Origin: Minisyncoccia bacterium
Lineage (GTDB): Bacteria > Patescibacteriota > Minisyncoccia > Phycocordibacterales > Phycocordibacteraceae
DNA length: 64,000 nucleotides
Direction of reading: 5' to 3'
Assembly: GCA_038212075.1 (NCBI GenBank)
Contig: JBBQUV010000001.1
Span: 35,200 to 99,199, forward strand
Shown here: positions 19,365 to 29,162 of the stretch, in pieces
How the letters are laid out: each line of letters opens with the position of its first letter
Position numbering within the stretch: the stretch's first letter is position 1
The notes under the pieces: generated by a model
Told to the model about the DNA's origin: nothing
Databases searched by the model: none
Seen by the model: only the letters and a program-made list of their open reading frames with translations
Made by a program: the position numbers and the translations under genes

Positions 19365-21737
19365 ATATTCACTTGCTTCATCCGGCGTCAGCGTATCTGG
19401 CTTTACTGACTCAGGAAGATAGATACGGCGAAGGCCTTTTTTCAAAAAGTACCCTTGTTTGGACTTAAGAAGCACGAGCGATTTGCCAGTCTTTGGGTGT
19501 TTACCGATTTCGCGAACGATTTCCACACCACGGGGTGGTTTCTTCGGTTCTTTAAAAATCGCGATGGCGCGTTCAAGCGTAACGGTGTACGGATCGTCAG
19601 GAACTTTAAGTGAACGAAATTCACCATCATGCACGACAAACGGACCAAAACGTCCGATGCCTGCTGAAATTGGCTTCTCCGTTTCTGGATGGGTTCCAAG
19701 CACGCGGGGAAGGGAAAGATATTTAACCGCGTCAGCAAGGGTGACCGACCCCAAGTCTGTTTTTGGAGGAATACCAGCACGTTTCGCCGCAATTTTTACT
19801 TTTTTCTTTCGTCCCTTACTTTTTTTCTTCGGTACTTCTTCAGCTACCTCTTCTTTTTTCGGAAGTTCAAGGGGCATTTCAACGTACGGACCAAATCGTC
19901 CGGTACGAATGTAAATGGGCATATGTGTTTCTGGATGGATACCAATTGGCTCGTCTGGCTTTAGTTCCTCACCTTTTTCCGTACGTGCACCCATACAGTC
20001 TGGGTATCGCTTACAGCTCATAAATACGCCACCACGGCCGAGCTTCATCTCCATTGGGCTGGTGCATAGCGGACAGTCAAATTCTTTCGGCGCATCGCCC
20101 AGTGAGGTTGCTTTCGGTAGTTTTTCTTTTGACGCCACTACCTTTGCGAATGGTGTATAAAAATCCGCGAGTGTTTTTTCATATTCACGTTCTCCACGCG
20201 CAATTTCGTCGAGTTCATCCTCCATTTCTGCCGTGAACGTGTCGCTGATGTAATCGGCAAAATGCTCTTCAAGCCAGCCAGACACGACCATGCCCGTTGC
20301 TGTCGGCATAAGTGTGCGGCCTTCTTTAATCGCGTACTCGCGATCCTGAATGGTTTTCATAATGCTTGCATAGGTAGACGGGCGACCGATACCTCGCTTT
20401 TCTAGTTCCTTCACCAGTCCTGCTTCTGTGTAGCGATTTGGCGGCTCGGTTTGTTTTTCCGTACCTTCCAAAGATATAAGAGAAAGAGATTCATCTTTAG
20501 TGAGTTTGGGTAGCTCGGTGTCTTCGCCGCGCGCGCGGGTATCACAGGCAAGCCAGCCGGGAAAAGTGATACGAGAACCAGATGCGGTGAAAAGGGGAAT
20601 CGTGTCGCCACCGGTTACCTTTACGCTCGTGCGCAGTGCTTGGGCACTTTTCATTTGTGAAGCGAGTGCACGTACACGAATAAGTTCATACAGATTTTGT
20701 TCGTCCACCGTTGCGCCCGCACGTTGCTTCCCTGGGTTTGTGGGACGCACTGCCTCGTGCGCTTCCTGTGCATTTTTGCTTTTTGTTTTGTATTCGCGTG
20801 TTTCCAAATAGTCTTTTCCAAACTCTGTTTCAACCACTCCTGCAATAACCGCAATCGCTTCTTTGGCGAGGTTCACGGAGTCGGTGCGCATGTAGGTAAT
20901 GTGCCCAGCTTCATAGAGTTTTTGTGCGGCACGCATAGTGCGGCTTGGAGAAAAGGCTAGACGGGTTGACGCAACTTGTTGCAGAGTAGACGTAGTGAAC
21001 GGTGGACGCGGAGCACGTGCTTCGTCGCGTTCTGTCACGTCGGCAACTTTCCACGTTGCTTTTTTCCCGGCTTCGACAATGCGTTCAGCCTCTTCTTTTG
21101 TTTTTGGTTCTTCCACGCACGTGGTGGCGAATTCGCCGCCCTTTGCTTTAAATAGCGCACCAATGACAAAAAAGGTTTCCGGAATGAATGCTTTAATTTC
21201 GCGTTCGCGTTCGGCAAGAATACGAAGTGCTGGTGACTGCACTCGGCCAGCAGAAAGGCCGTAGCGCACTTTTTTCCAAATAAGTCCCGATAGGTCATAG
21301 CCCACAATGCGGTCAAGTACGCGCCGCGCTTCTTGCGCGCGGCGCAAATGCTCGTCAATCGTGCGTGGGTGAGCAAGCGCCTCTTCAATCGCCGTCTTGG
21401 TGATTTCATGGAAAACCACACGGTGGGGCTTCTTCAAACCGACCGCCTCCTTTATATGCCACGCAATAGCTTCACCTTCGCGGTCGGGGTCAGTGGCAAG
21501 GAAGACTTCTTTTGCTTTGTCGGCCGCTTTCTTGATACGTTCAATAACCTCACGTTTTTCCGCGGGTACGATGTATTTCGGCTTAAAACCGTTTTCAATA
21601 TCAATAGCGTTTTTGTCGCTTTTTGGTAGGTCGCGTACGTGCCCCACAGAAGCAAGAACCTCGTATTCTTTTCCGAGATATCCACCGATGGTGCGCGCCT
21701 TTGCGGGCGACTCCACTATTAATAGTTTGTTGGCCAC
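19356..21737 (-). CDS. topA: DNA topoisomerase I
   Basis: LLIVESPAKA, LATDPDREGE, SAGRVQS, ITYMRTDS, GIGRPSTY; Zn ribbon and C-terminal repeats. Confidence 0.97.
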   Translation of the reverse strand: MANKLLIVESPAKARTIGGYLGKEYEVLASVGHVRDLPKSDKNAIDIENGFKPKYIVPAEKREVIERIKKAADKAKEVFLATDPDREGEAIAWHIKEAVGLKKPHRVVFHEITKTAIEEALAHPRTIDEHLRRAQEARRVLDRIVGYDLSGLIWKKVRYGLSAGRVQSPALRILAEREREIKAFIPETFFVIGALFKAKGGEFATTCVEEPKTKEEAERIVEAGKKATWKVADVTERDEARAPRPPFTTSTLQQVASTRLAFSPSRTMRAAQKLYEAGHITYMRTDSVNLAKEAIAVIAGVVETEFGKDYLETREYKTKSKNAQEAHEAVRPTNPGKQRAGATVDEQNLYELIRVRALASQMKSAQALRTSVKVTGGDTIPLFTASGSRITFPGWLACDTRARGEDTELPKLTKDESLSLISLEGTEKQTEPPNRYTEAGLVKELEKRGIGRPSTYASIMKTIQDREYAIKEGRTLMPTATGMVVSGWLEEHFADYISDTFTAEMEDELDEIARGEREYEKTLADFYTPFAKVVASKEKLPKATSLGDAPKEFDCPLCTSPMEMKLGRGGVFMSCKRYPDCMGARTEKGEELKPDEPIGIHPETHMPIYIRTGRFGPYVEMPLELPKKEEVAEEVPKKKSKGRKKKVKIAAKRAGIPPKTDLGSVTLADAVKYLSLPRVLGTHPETEKPISAGIGRFGPFVVHDGEFRSLKVPDDPYTVTLERAIAIFKEPKKPPRGVEIVREIGKHPKTGKSLVLLKSKQGYFLKKGLRRIYLPESVKPDTLTPDEASEYLK

Positions 21738-21827
21738 AGACTATGCATACCGCGCGACACTATATATCGTCAAGCGATTCGCTCTGTATGAAATAAGAAA
21801 CGAGCGCCGGAATATTCTTCCAAGCGC

Positions 21828-22169
21828 TCAGTTTTGATGCGATTTTTGCATCTTTTTGTTTACGATTTCAATAACGGCAATCCGTGAATCTATTTTGGCA
21901 ACTTCCGCTTTAGAAAACCGTTTTTCGAGTTGCGTTCGAAACAGTTTTTCTACGGCTTCTGTTGCCTCCACAAATTGCGCGTTTGAAAGCTTTGGTGCGG
22001 TGAGTCGTTGCGCTCGAAAATCAAGCCACCTACGTACCCACCAAGAAAGTCGTGGCCGCAAGACCTCCTTGTAGTGCTCCGTCTTCGTTTTCGCTTGGAT
22101 GAACTTTTCTGCACCCTCAACCCCGAAAAAACCTTCGAGGCGGGTGCGTGCCGGATGCTTATCCTGCAT
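21828..22169 (-). CDS. Hypothetical protein
   Basis: 113-aa ORF with GAGGAG SD. Confidence 0.55.
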   Translation of the reverse strand: MQDKHPARTRLEGFFGVEGAEKFIQAKTKTEHYKEVLRPRLSWWVRRWLDFRAQRLTAPKLSNAQFVEATEAVEKLFRTQLEKRFSKAEVAKIDSRIAVIEIVNKKMQKSHQN

Positions 22170-22240
22170 ACACTTCTCCTCTCGTCGGTTCGGGGTTTCG
22201 TAGAGTTAACGCGAATGAGAGCGTTTCGTCAAACGCGCTA

Positions 22241-23020
22241 TTACTGTACTTCAACAAAAATGGGGCGGTGATCGGATCCTACAGGATCTGAAAGCACTTC
22301 AGCGCGCACTGTTTTTAAATGTTTTGAAACAAGAATGTGGTCAAGCTGAGAACGCGATATGCGATGGGTGATACGTCCACGATGGGCATTGGTAAGTTCT
22401 CTGTTTGCAAAATGTTTTTCAATATTTTTACGCTCACGCTTCACCATAAACATATCGCTTATCCGCCCACCAAGGATCCAGTTGGTCATGCTGGTAACCA
22501 TAGATTCAATAATATTAAAGTCCCCGCACACAATAGTAGGAAGTGTTGGATCAAGGTGTTCCATTGCCATAACAAATTCTTGTTCACGCTGTTTTGGCGA
22601 CATAAGTACTAAGTGCAAATTGAACACACGGGTAATTCCGGACGGTGTTTCAACGTCTGCATAAATGCCGTGCCGGTTGCCTTTCCCCCACGACCAGAAC
22701 GCAAGCGCAACCAGTATGCTCACGGTCATCCTCGTTCTAAGGGGAACGTTTGGTTCCCAGTAGGGAAGCGGAATCATTCCTGTGTGGCGAATAGGAAATT
22801 TTGAAATGATAACCACGTAGTGGCTCACGCGTTTACCTTTTACGATACGATCTACTTCCGGCATATAAAAAAGCTGATAGGGAAGTGTTTTAAGTCGAGC
22901 AAGAAACACCTCAGGTACTTCTTGCAGACACCACACATCAAAATCGCTTTCTGAAATAAAATCAAAGGCACGGTCAAGGTGCTGGCTTCTATACCAGATA
23001 TTCCACGAATAAATTTTCAT
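22241..23020 (-). CDS. Endonuclease/exonuclease/phosphatase family protein
   Basis: SWNI, CLQEV, VCGDFN, LDHILVS, SDH. Confidence 0.9.
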   Translation of the reverse strand: MKIYSWNIWYRSQHLDRAFDFISESDFDVWCLQEVPEVFLARLKTLPYQLFYMPEVDRIVKGKRVSHYVVIISKFPIRHTGMIPLPYWEPNVPLRTRMTVSILVALAFWSWGKGNRHGIYADVETPSGITRVFNLHLVLMSPKQREQEFVMAMEHLDPTLPTIVCGDFNIIESMVTSMTNWILGGRISDMFMVKRERKNIEKHFANRELTNAHRGRITHRISRSQLDHILVSKHLKTVRAEVLSDPVGSDHRPIFVEVQ

Positions 23021-23877
23021 ACTCTTCGCCACGCGCTAAATTCTTCCTTGGCGAGTCCTTTTAGTTCAAGCGCAACAAGTGCCGTGAGCGCATCGCCGGC
23101 AGAAAGCTTGGATGCGCGTATAAGTTCATCTTTTGGCATAGGTTCCGTGAGTAGATCATAGAGTGTTTTCTCTGCGCCGTCCAAATGTATGGAAACTTCT
23201 TTCGCGTCTTTCTGTCTTGGCTCAAGGTGAAGGGCTTCCAAAATATGTTCAGATTCTGTTACGAGCGCCCCACCAAGACGAATGAACAAATGTGGACCAA
23301 ACCCGTGAGCGTCGCTAATACGGTGGGGAATACAAAGCAAATCGCGATTATATTCCGATGCTAGGCGAGCGGTGATAAGGGTGCCAGAGCGGTCGCTCGC
23401 TTCAATAATAAGCACGGCATCTGACATACCAACCATGATCCTATTACGAGAGGGGAAGTCATACGGGTGCGCCAGATAGTCTTCTGGATGTTCCGAAAGA
23501 AGCATTCCGCCAGCGGAAAGAATGTCGTGGGCGAGCCCAAGGTTCGTGCGCGGTGCAATCACCCCATCACTAAGCCCTGAACCCGGAACGGCGATGGTGT
23601 GGAGTCCTGCGGAAAGTGCCGCGCGGTGCGCACACGCGTCTGCACCAAGCGCGAGCCCTGACACAATAGAAACGGGATATCCAGCAAGTCCGGCAATAAG
23701 TTTTTCGCATGCTTCCTTCCCATAACGAGAAAGCGCGCGCGAACCAACCACGACAAGGTGTTTTGTACCATCTGGTGCGGGTGTTCCGCGTGCCCACAAG
23801 TGTGGCGGCGGCTCCGGAATTTCAGACAATCCCCTCGGATGTTCCTTCCTCGCAAGTTGTCGTGTCGCGTTTTCCAT
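23017..23877 (-). CDS. dprA: DNA-protecting protein DprA
   Basis: VVGSR, IVSGLALGADA, FPSRNRI, SGTLITA. Confidence 0.95.
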   Translation of the reverse strand: MENATRQLARKEHPRGLSEIPEPPPHLWARGTPAPDGTKHLVVVGSRALSRYGKEACEKLIAGLAGYPVSIVSGLALGADACAHRAALSAGLHTIAVPGSGLSDGVIAPRTNLGLAHDILSAGGMLLSEHPEDYLAHPYDFPSRNRIMVGMSDAVLIIEASDRSGTLITARLASEYNRDLLCIPHRISDAHGFGPHLFIRLGGALVTESEHILEALHLEPRQKDAKEVSIHLDGAEKTLYDLLTEPMPKDELIRASKLSAGDALTALVALELKGLAKEEFSAWRRV

Positions 23878-23896
23878 ACTATCCTGTCAATTATAT

Positions 23897-25165
23897 ATGT
23901 TAGATATCCATTTCATTCGCGAAAACACCGATTTGGTGAAAGCGGGGGCGGCAAAGAAGCGCATCACCGTAGACATTGACCGCCTTATCGCGGTAGACGA
24001 CGAACGCAAAACACTGCGCCAAGAGCTTGATGAAAAGCGCGCGGAACAAAACCGTGCCTCAGGTGCCATCTCGCTCGCAAAAGACGACGAGCGCGCCAAG
24101 CTTATTGAATCAATGCAACACCTAAAGGCTGGGATGGGAGAAATTGAAGAAAAGTATAAAAAGGTGATGGAAGAATGGCAGAAGCTGATGCTTGAAGTGC
24201 CGAATCTTCCTGACATTTCTGTTCCGGATGGTGAAAGTGATAAAAACAATGTGGAAGTAAAAAAATGGGGGGAGCTTCCCGTGTTTGATTTTGAACCGAA
24301 AGATCACGTGACGCTTATGGAGAAGGCAGGCATGGCCGACTTTGAACGTGGCGCAAAGGTTGCGGGCTTTCGCGGTTATTTCTTGCGCGGTGACGGAGTG
24401 CTTCTTGCAAACGCTGTATGGCAGTTGGCACTGAAACATTTTTCTGCAAAAGGATTGGAACCGCTTATGGTGCCGTCTCTGGTGCGTCGCGAAACTTTTA
24501 TGGGCACCGGCTATTTGCCGCAGGGTGAAGAAGATTTGTACAAAACCCAAGACGGAGAATATCTTGCTGGCACCGCTGAGGTGGCGACTATGGGCTACCA
24601 CATGGACGAAGTGTTGGATATTGAAAAACTGCCAGTACAATTTCTCTCCTTCTCGCCCTGTTTTCGTCGGGAGGCGGGTGCGCACGGCAAAGACGTGCGC
24701 GGACTCATCCGCGTACACGAATTTTTCAAATGGGAGCAGGTGGTTTTGTGTAAAGCCGAGCACGGTGAGTCAGTGAAAATGCACGAATGGCTAAACCGTA
24801 ATACGGAAGAACTTATTGAAATGCTCAACATCCCGTATCACACTGTTGCAAATTGTGGTGGCGATCTTGGACTTGGACAAGTGAAAAAGTATGACATTGA
24901 ACTGTGGGTGCCGATGGAACATACCTATCGCGAAATCAGTTCCGCATCCTATTTCCACGATTTTCAAACCCGTCGTTTGAATATTCGTTATCGCGACACG
25001 GAAGGGAAAATGCAATTTGCGCACTCCCTAAATTCAACCGCAATTCCAACCCCGCGCATTCTGGTGTCTATCGTAGAAAACTATCAACAAAAAGACGGAA
25101 CGATAAAAGTGCCCGAAGCACTCATCCCCTATGTCGGCAAAGAAGTCTTGGGACATTCGTCGTAA
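23897..25165 (+). CDS. serS: Serine--tRNA ligase
   Basis: MLDIHFIRE, GTAEV, CFRREAG, GLIRVHEF, EISSAS. Confidence 0.97.
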   Translation: MLDIHFIRENTDLVKAGAAKKRITVDIDRLIAVDDERKTLRQELDEKRAEQNRASGAISLAKDDERAKLIESMQHLKAGMGEIEEKYKKVMEEWQKLMLEVPNLPDISVPDGESDKNNVEVKKWGELPVFDFEPKDHVTLMEKAGMADFERGAKVAGFRGYFLRGDGVLLANAVWQLALKHFSAKGLEPLMVPSLVRRETFMGTGYLPQGEEDLYKTQDGEYLAGTAEVATMGYHMDEVLDIEKLPVQFLSFSPCFRREAGAHGKDVRGLIRVHEFFKWEQVVLCKAEHGESVKMHEWLNRNTEELIEMLNIPYHTVANCGGDLGLGQVKKYDIELWVPMEHTYREISSASYFHDFQTRRLNIRYRDTEGKMQFAHSLNSTAIPTPRILVSIVENYQQKDGTIKVPEALIPYVGKEVLGHSS

Positions 25166-26054
25166 CCCGGGGCGGGTAGTGCGACTTAACCCCGGTCCTA
25201 TCATTGCGGAACGCGCGCGCGTTGCCGACCGTGGTCCGGGGCTTAAGGTTCGTCGTAAAAAAGCGAAGCGTCGCCTCCTTATATTGTTTTCAGTGCTCTT
25301 GGTTGTGTTGCTTGGTGTAAGTGTGTACGTGCTGTGGCGTCCCGCACTGCGGGTACAGAATATTTCTATTGCAGGGTTTGATGCCTCAACACTTGAACCC
25401 ATTGTGAAGGATACGTTGTCTGGTACCTACGCGTGGATACTCCCGCACGACTCCATTTTCTTTTTCTCCGCTCTTCGTATTCGTGGCGCTGTTATGAATG
25501 CCTACCCTGACATCGCCACGGTCTCCGTGTCGCGCACAGGCTTTGATTCCATAAAAATAGAAACCACCGAACGGGTGAGTGCATTTGATTGGTGTGGGTC
25601 TTCCGCAGATACAGCCATTACCACGTGCTATTCGACCGACGAAGAAGGATTTATTTTTGCGCAATCGCTCGCGGGTATTCCTGACGATGGCGCAAGCACT
25701 ACACCGCACACGCTTCGTGTATATGCGCCGCTCGACTCCGCCGCCGTACTTGATTCTTCCGGCACACCAATTCATTCCTTTGTGCAAAATCCGTCGGTCA
25801 TTCCTGCCGCGCTACGCCTTGAGCGCGCCATAGTGTCGCTTGGCGCGAATGTTTCTTCGCTCCAAATACGAAACGACGAAGCAGATTTCTTTTTGGTAAG
25901 CGGAACACGCATTACCTACGTGCTCGGGCACGAAGAACAGGCGGCACAACTCGCGGCTACGGCATTTCCCCAGATTAATTTGAATGATGGTTCGGTTAAC
26001 TACGTGGATTTACGTTTCGATGGAAAGGTTTATTTTAAGAAAAAAGGAGGGTAA
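25131..26054 (+). CDS. FtsQ/DivIB-like cell division protein
   Basis: Basic N-terminus, TM helix, POTRA-like region, C-terminal YVDLRFDGKVYFK. Confidence 0.7.
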   Translation: MSAKKSWDIRRNPGRVVRLNPGPIIAERARVADRGPGLKVRRKKAKRRLLILFSVLLVVLLGVSVYVLWRPALRVQNISIAGFDASTLEPIVKDTLSGTYAWILPHDSIFFFSALRIRGAVMNAYPDIATVSVSRTGFDSIKIETTERVSAFDWCGSSADTAITTCYSTDEEGFIFAQSLAGIPDDGASTTPHTLRVYAPLDSAAVLDSSGTPIHSFVQNPSVIPAALRLERAIVSLGANVSSLQIRNDEADFFLVSGTRITYVLGHEEQAAQLAATAFPQINLNDGSVNYVDLRFDGKVYFKKKGG

Positions 26055-26063
26055 TGTGAATAT

Positions 26064-27053
26064 ATGACCTCGTTTTGGAGCGGCCTCAAGCGGCCATTTT
26101 TTGTCCTCGCGCCTATGGCGGACGTCACCGACCCTGCGTATCGTCGGATTATTGCGCGTATCGCTCCGCCGGACGTCATGTGGACGGAGTTTGTCTCTGC
26201 TGACGGGCTCTACCATACCCGCGAGATGAAAAAGATGAAGGATGAAGAAAATCCACTTGTGCGCGATTTTCAATTTTCAGAAAACGAGCATCCGATTGTG
26301 GCGCAGATTTTTGGTAGCACGCCCGAAACCATTGCGTATGCTTCTGAACTTGCCGCGAAGCTTGGCTTTGATGGTGTAGACATTAATATGGGTTGTCCTG
26401 ATCGTTCTATTGAAAAACAAGGCGCGGGTGCAGGAATGATAAAGACGCCCGCAAAAGCAAAAGAAATAATCCGCGCCGCCCGTGACGGCGCGGCGCGCGG
26501 CAAAGAGGGAGGATTGCCCATTTCTGTAAAAACGCGTATCGGGTACAACACCAACATAATGGAAGAGTGGTTGCCCGCGCTTCTTGAAGAAGAGCTTGCC
26601 GCGCTCACGGTGCACTTGCGCACTCGAAAAGAAATGTCACTGGTGCCTGCGCATTGGGAGCTTATGCCACGCATAGTAGAAATTCGTAACGCCGTTGCGC
26701 CCGATACATTGATTATTGGAAACGGCGATGTGAAAGATTTAGACGAAGCAAAAATAAAAATAGAAGAATCTGGTGCCGATGGCGTGATGCTTGGTCGTGC
26801 AATTTTTGGCAACCCATGGCTTTTCACAGGAAAGAAGCCAGAAGACACGCCGGTGGCAGAACGTCTTACTGCGCTTGTTTCACTTGCAGAAGCATTTGAA
26901 AAACTGCGCCCGCAGAAGTCATTTCATATCTTGAAAAAGCACATAAAGGCATTTGTTACGGGTTTTGACGGTGCCGCAGAATTGCGTGCCAAGCTTATGG
27001 AAACAGAATCGGCTGAAGCCCTTGCGCGCGTGATTGAGGACCATCGGCTATAA
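26064..27053 (+). CDS. dus: tRNA-dihydrouridine synthase
   Basis: LAPMADVTD, DINMGCP, SVKTRIG, IGNGDV, GVMLGRA. Confidence 0.95.
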   Translation: MTSFWSGLKRPFFVLAPMADVTDPAYRRIIARIAPPDVMWTEFVSADGLYHTREMKKMKDEENPLVRDFQFSENEHPIVAQIFGSTPETIAYASELAAKLGFDGVDINMGCPDRSIEKQGAGAGMIKTPAKAKEIIRAARDGAARGKEGGLPISVKTRIGYNTNIMEEWLPALLEEELAALTVHLRTRKEMSLVPAHWELMPRIVEIRNAVAPDTLIIGNGDVKDLDEAKIKIEESGADGVMLGRAIFGNPWLFTGKKPEDTPVAERLTALVSLAEAFEKLRPQKSFHILKKHIKAFVTGFDGAAELRAKLMETESAEALARVIEDHRL

Positions 27054-27060
27054 TCTCTCT

Positions 27061-28095
27061 ATGGCACATCAGTCTCTCTACCGCACGCATCGCCCGCATA
27101 CCTTTAAAGATGTGGCGGGGCAGGAGCACATCACGTCAGCGCTTGCGGAGCAGATTAAGTCCGAAAAGGTGGGGCATGCCTATTTGTTTGCTGGTTCGCG
27201 TGGACTGGGGAAGACCTCGGTGGCGCGTATTTTTGCGAACGAGCTTGGATGCAAAAATAACGATTTATATGAAATAGACGCGGCAAGCAACAACAGCGTA
27301 GATGACATTCGCGCACTCACGGAAAACGTATATACACTCCCGTTTGAGTCGCCATATAAGGTATACATTTTGGACGAAGCACACATGCTTTCAAAGGGCG
27401 CATGGAATGCTTTTTTGAAAACCCTTGAAGAACCGCCAGCGCATGCCATTTTCATTCTTGCCACCACCGAGCTTTCTCGTGTGCCGGAAACTGTGCAGTC
27501 GCGGTGCCAAGTGTTCACTTTTAAAAAACCAACACGCAGTGAACTGGCGAAGGTTGTTTCAAGTGTCGCGAAAAAAGAAGGATATGTGATTGAACCATCT
27601 GCCGCAGACCTTATCGCGCTTCTTGCGGAAGGTTCGTATCGCGATGCGCTTTCGGTTTTGGAGCGGGCGCTTTCTGCTGGAAGCGATAAAAAACTCACAC
27701 GAGCAGAGGCAGAGAAGGCAACAGGAGCGCCAAAGCACGAGCTGGTGCACTCACTCGTGTCCGCGCTCGCCAAAGGCGAGCGCGCCACAGCACTCACTTC
27801 CATCCGCAAGGCCGCAGATGGAAGTGTTGATATGCAACTCTATTTGTCACTGGTGCTCGACAGTATTCGCGCGGTGCTTTTGGTGCGTTACGCGCCAGAG
27901 CTTCGTAAAGAGTTTCAGGAAGAACTTGGAGCAGATGAGTATGGGGAAATAGAAAAGCTCGCAAGCGACAAGGAGTCAAAACTCACCCACGAAACACTCA
28001 AGGCATTTTTGGATGCGGCGACCCGTATCCGCTATGCACCTGTTGCGTCTCTTCCGCTTGAGCTTGCGGTGTTTGAGCTTTTTAAGACTGAATAA
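27061..28095 (+). CDS. dnaX: DNA polymerase III gamma/tau (short form)
   Basis: LYRTHRP, GSRGLGKTS, EIDAASN, LDEAHML, LKTLEEPP, SRC. Confidence 0.95.
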   Translation: MAHQSLYRTHRPHTFKDVAGQEHITSALAEQIKSEKVGHAYLFAGSRGLGKTSVARIFANELGCKNNDLYEIDAASNNSVDDIRALTENVYTLPFESPYKVYILDEAHMLSKGAWNAFLKTLEEPPAHAIFILATTELSRVPETVQSRCQVFTFKKPTRSELAKVVSSVAKKEGYVIEPSAADLIALLAEGSYRDALSVLERALSAGSDKKLTRAEAEKATGAPKHELVHSLVSALAKGERATALTSIRKAADGSVDMQLYLSLVLDSIRAVLLVRYAPELRKEFQEELGADEYGEIEKLASDKESKLTHETLKAFLDAATRIRYAPVASLPLELAVFELFKTE

Positions 28096-28898
28096 TGAAA
28101 GATTTTTTCTACTGGATTATTCTTGTAGTTATTGGCGTCAGTGCCGGCGGATTTTTGTACTATAAGCATCTTGATACTCTTCCGTGTACGCACCCAGTTG
28201 AATACTCCATTGGTGCTGTTGATCCGCGGTTTGGAACAAATGCTAGTGAACTCACGAGCGACCTTGCTTTTGGTGCGGCTATTTGGAATAAAGCGGCAGG
28301 GAAGACTCTTTTCACGCTTGTGCCCTCGGGTGGTGTAAAAGTAAATCTTATTTACGACGAACGTGAAGAATCGGCAAAGCTGGGACTTGAAATTGCGAAA
28401 GAGCAAGTGACGACAGATGCTATGCGCGCCACCGTAGATGCAGAGCACGCACAGGTGAAATCGGAACAAGATGCACTGAATGCGGAAATTTCTGCGATAA
28501 ACGCGCGCGGCGGCGCAACCCCTGCCGACCGCACGCGCATTACTGCAGAACAGCAATCACTAGAGCTTCGTATTGAAACATTAAATAATGATGTTGCTTC
28601 CTTTAACGCCCGCATTCGCGCGCTGAATGCACAAGTTGCAGAATTTAATAAAACCGCGGGACATTTGTTTAAAGAAGGTGAGTATGTTCAAGATGCAAGC
28701 GGAAAACGCATAAATATTTTTGAATTTGTCGGAAAAAATCAGCTGGAGCGCGTACTCGCGCACGAGCTTGGGCACGCGGTGGGGCTCGATCACAACGACG
28801 ACCCCGACTCCATAATGTACGCCAACAACGAAAGCGGAAACTTAATCCCCACAGCCACCGACGTTTCTGCCCTTAAGTCCCTCTGCGGGATTTCGTAG
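28095..28898 (+). CDS. Matrixin (M10)-type metalloprotease with coiled coil
   Basis: HELGHAVGLDH and Met-turn SIMY. Confidence 0.9.
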   Translation: MKDFFYWIILVVIGVSAGGFLYYKHLDTLPCTHPVEYSIGAVDPRFGTNASELTSDLAFGAAIWNKAAGKTLFTLVPSGGVKVNLIYDEREESAKLGLEIAKEQVTTDAMRATVDAEHAQVKSEQDALNAEISAINARGGATPADRTRITAEQQSLELRIETLNNDVASFNARIRALNAQVAEFNKTAGHLFKEGEYVQDASGKRINIFEFVGKNQLERVLAHELGHAVGLDHNDDPDSIMYANNESGNLIPTATDVSALKSLCGIS

Positions 28899-28948
28899 AC
28901 CCTCACGGTCACCGCATTTTTTTGGTATGGTAGTGGAAGTGCGCTATT

Positions 28949-29062
28949 TGGGGGATCGTCTAACGGTAAGCAGAGCTTTCTGCCTGCGCTCGCTCGGAAC
29001 GGATAAGCAAAGCCTCATCCTTTCCTCGCTCGCTTGGCGGTAGGACAGCGGCCTTTGAAGCC
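28949..29062 (+). pseudogene. Duplicate 5' half of tRNA-Gln interrupted in the D-loop by a 74-bp insert
   Basis: tgggggatcgtctaacggta-[insert ending cggta]-ggacagcggcctttgaagcc matches the intact tRNA downstream. Confidence 0.85.
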
Positions 29063-29091
29063 AGTGATACGATAGAAATGTTCGATAATTT

Positions 29092-29162
29092 TGGGGGATC
29101 GTCTAACGGTAGGACAGCGGCCTTTGAAGCCGTTAATTTTGGTTCGATTCCAAGTCCCCCAG
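29092..29162 (+). tRNA. tRNA-Gln(TTG)
   Basis: TGGGGGA/TCCCCCA acceptor, loop CTTTGAA, GGTTCGATTCC. Confidence 0.95.
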
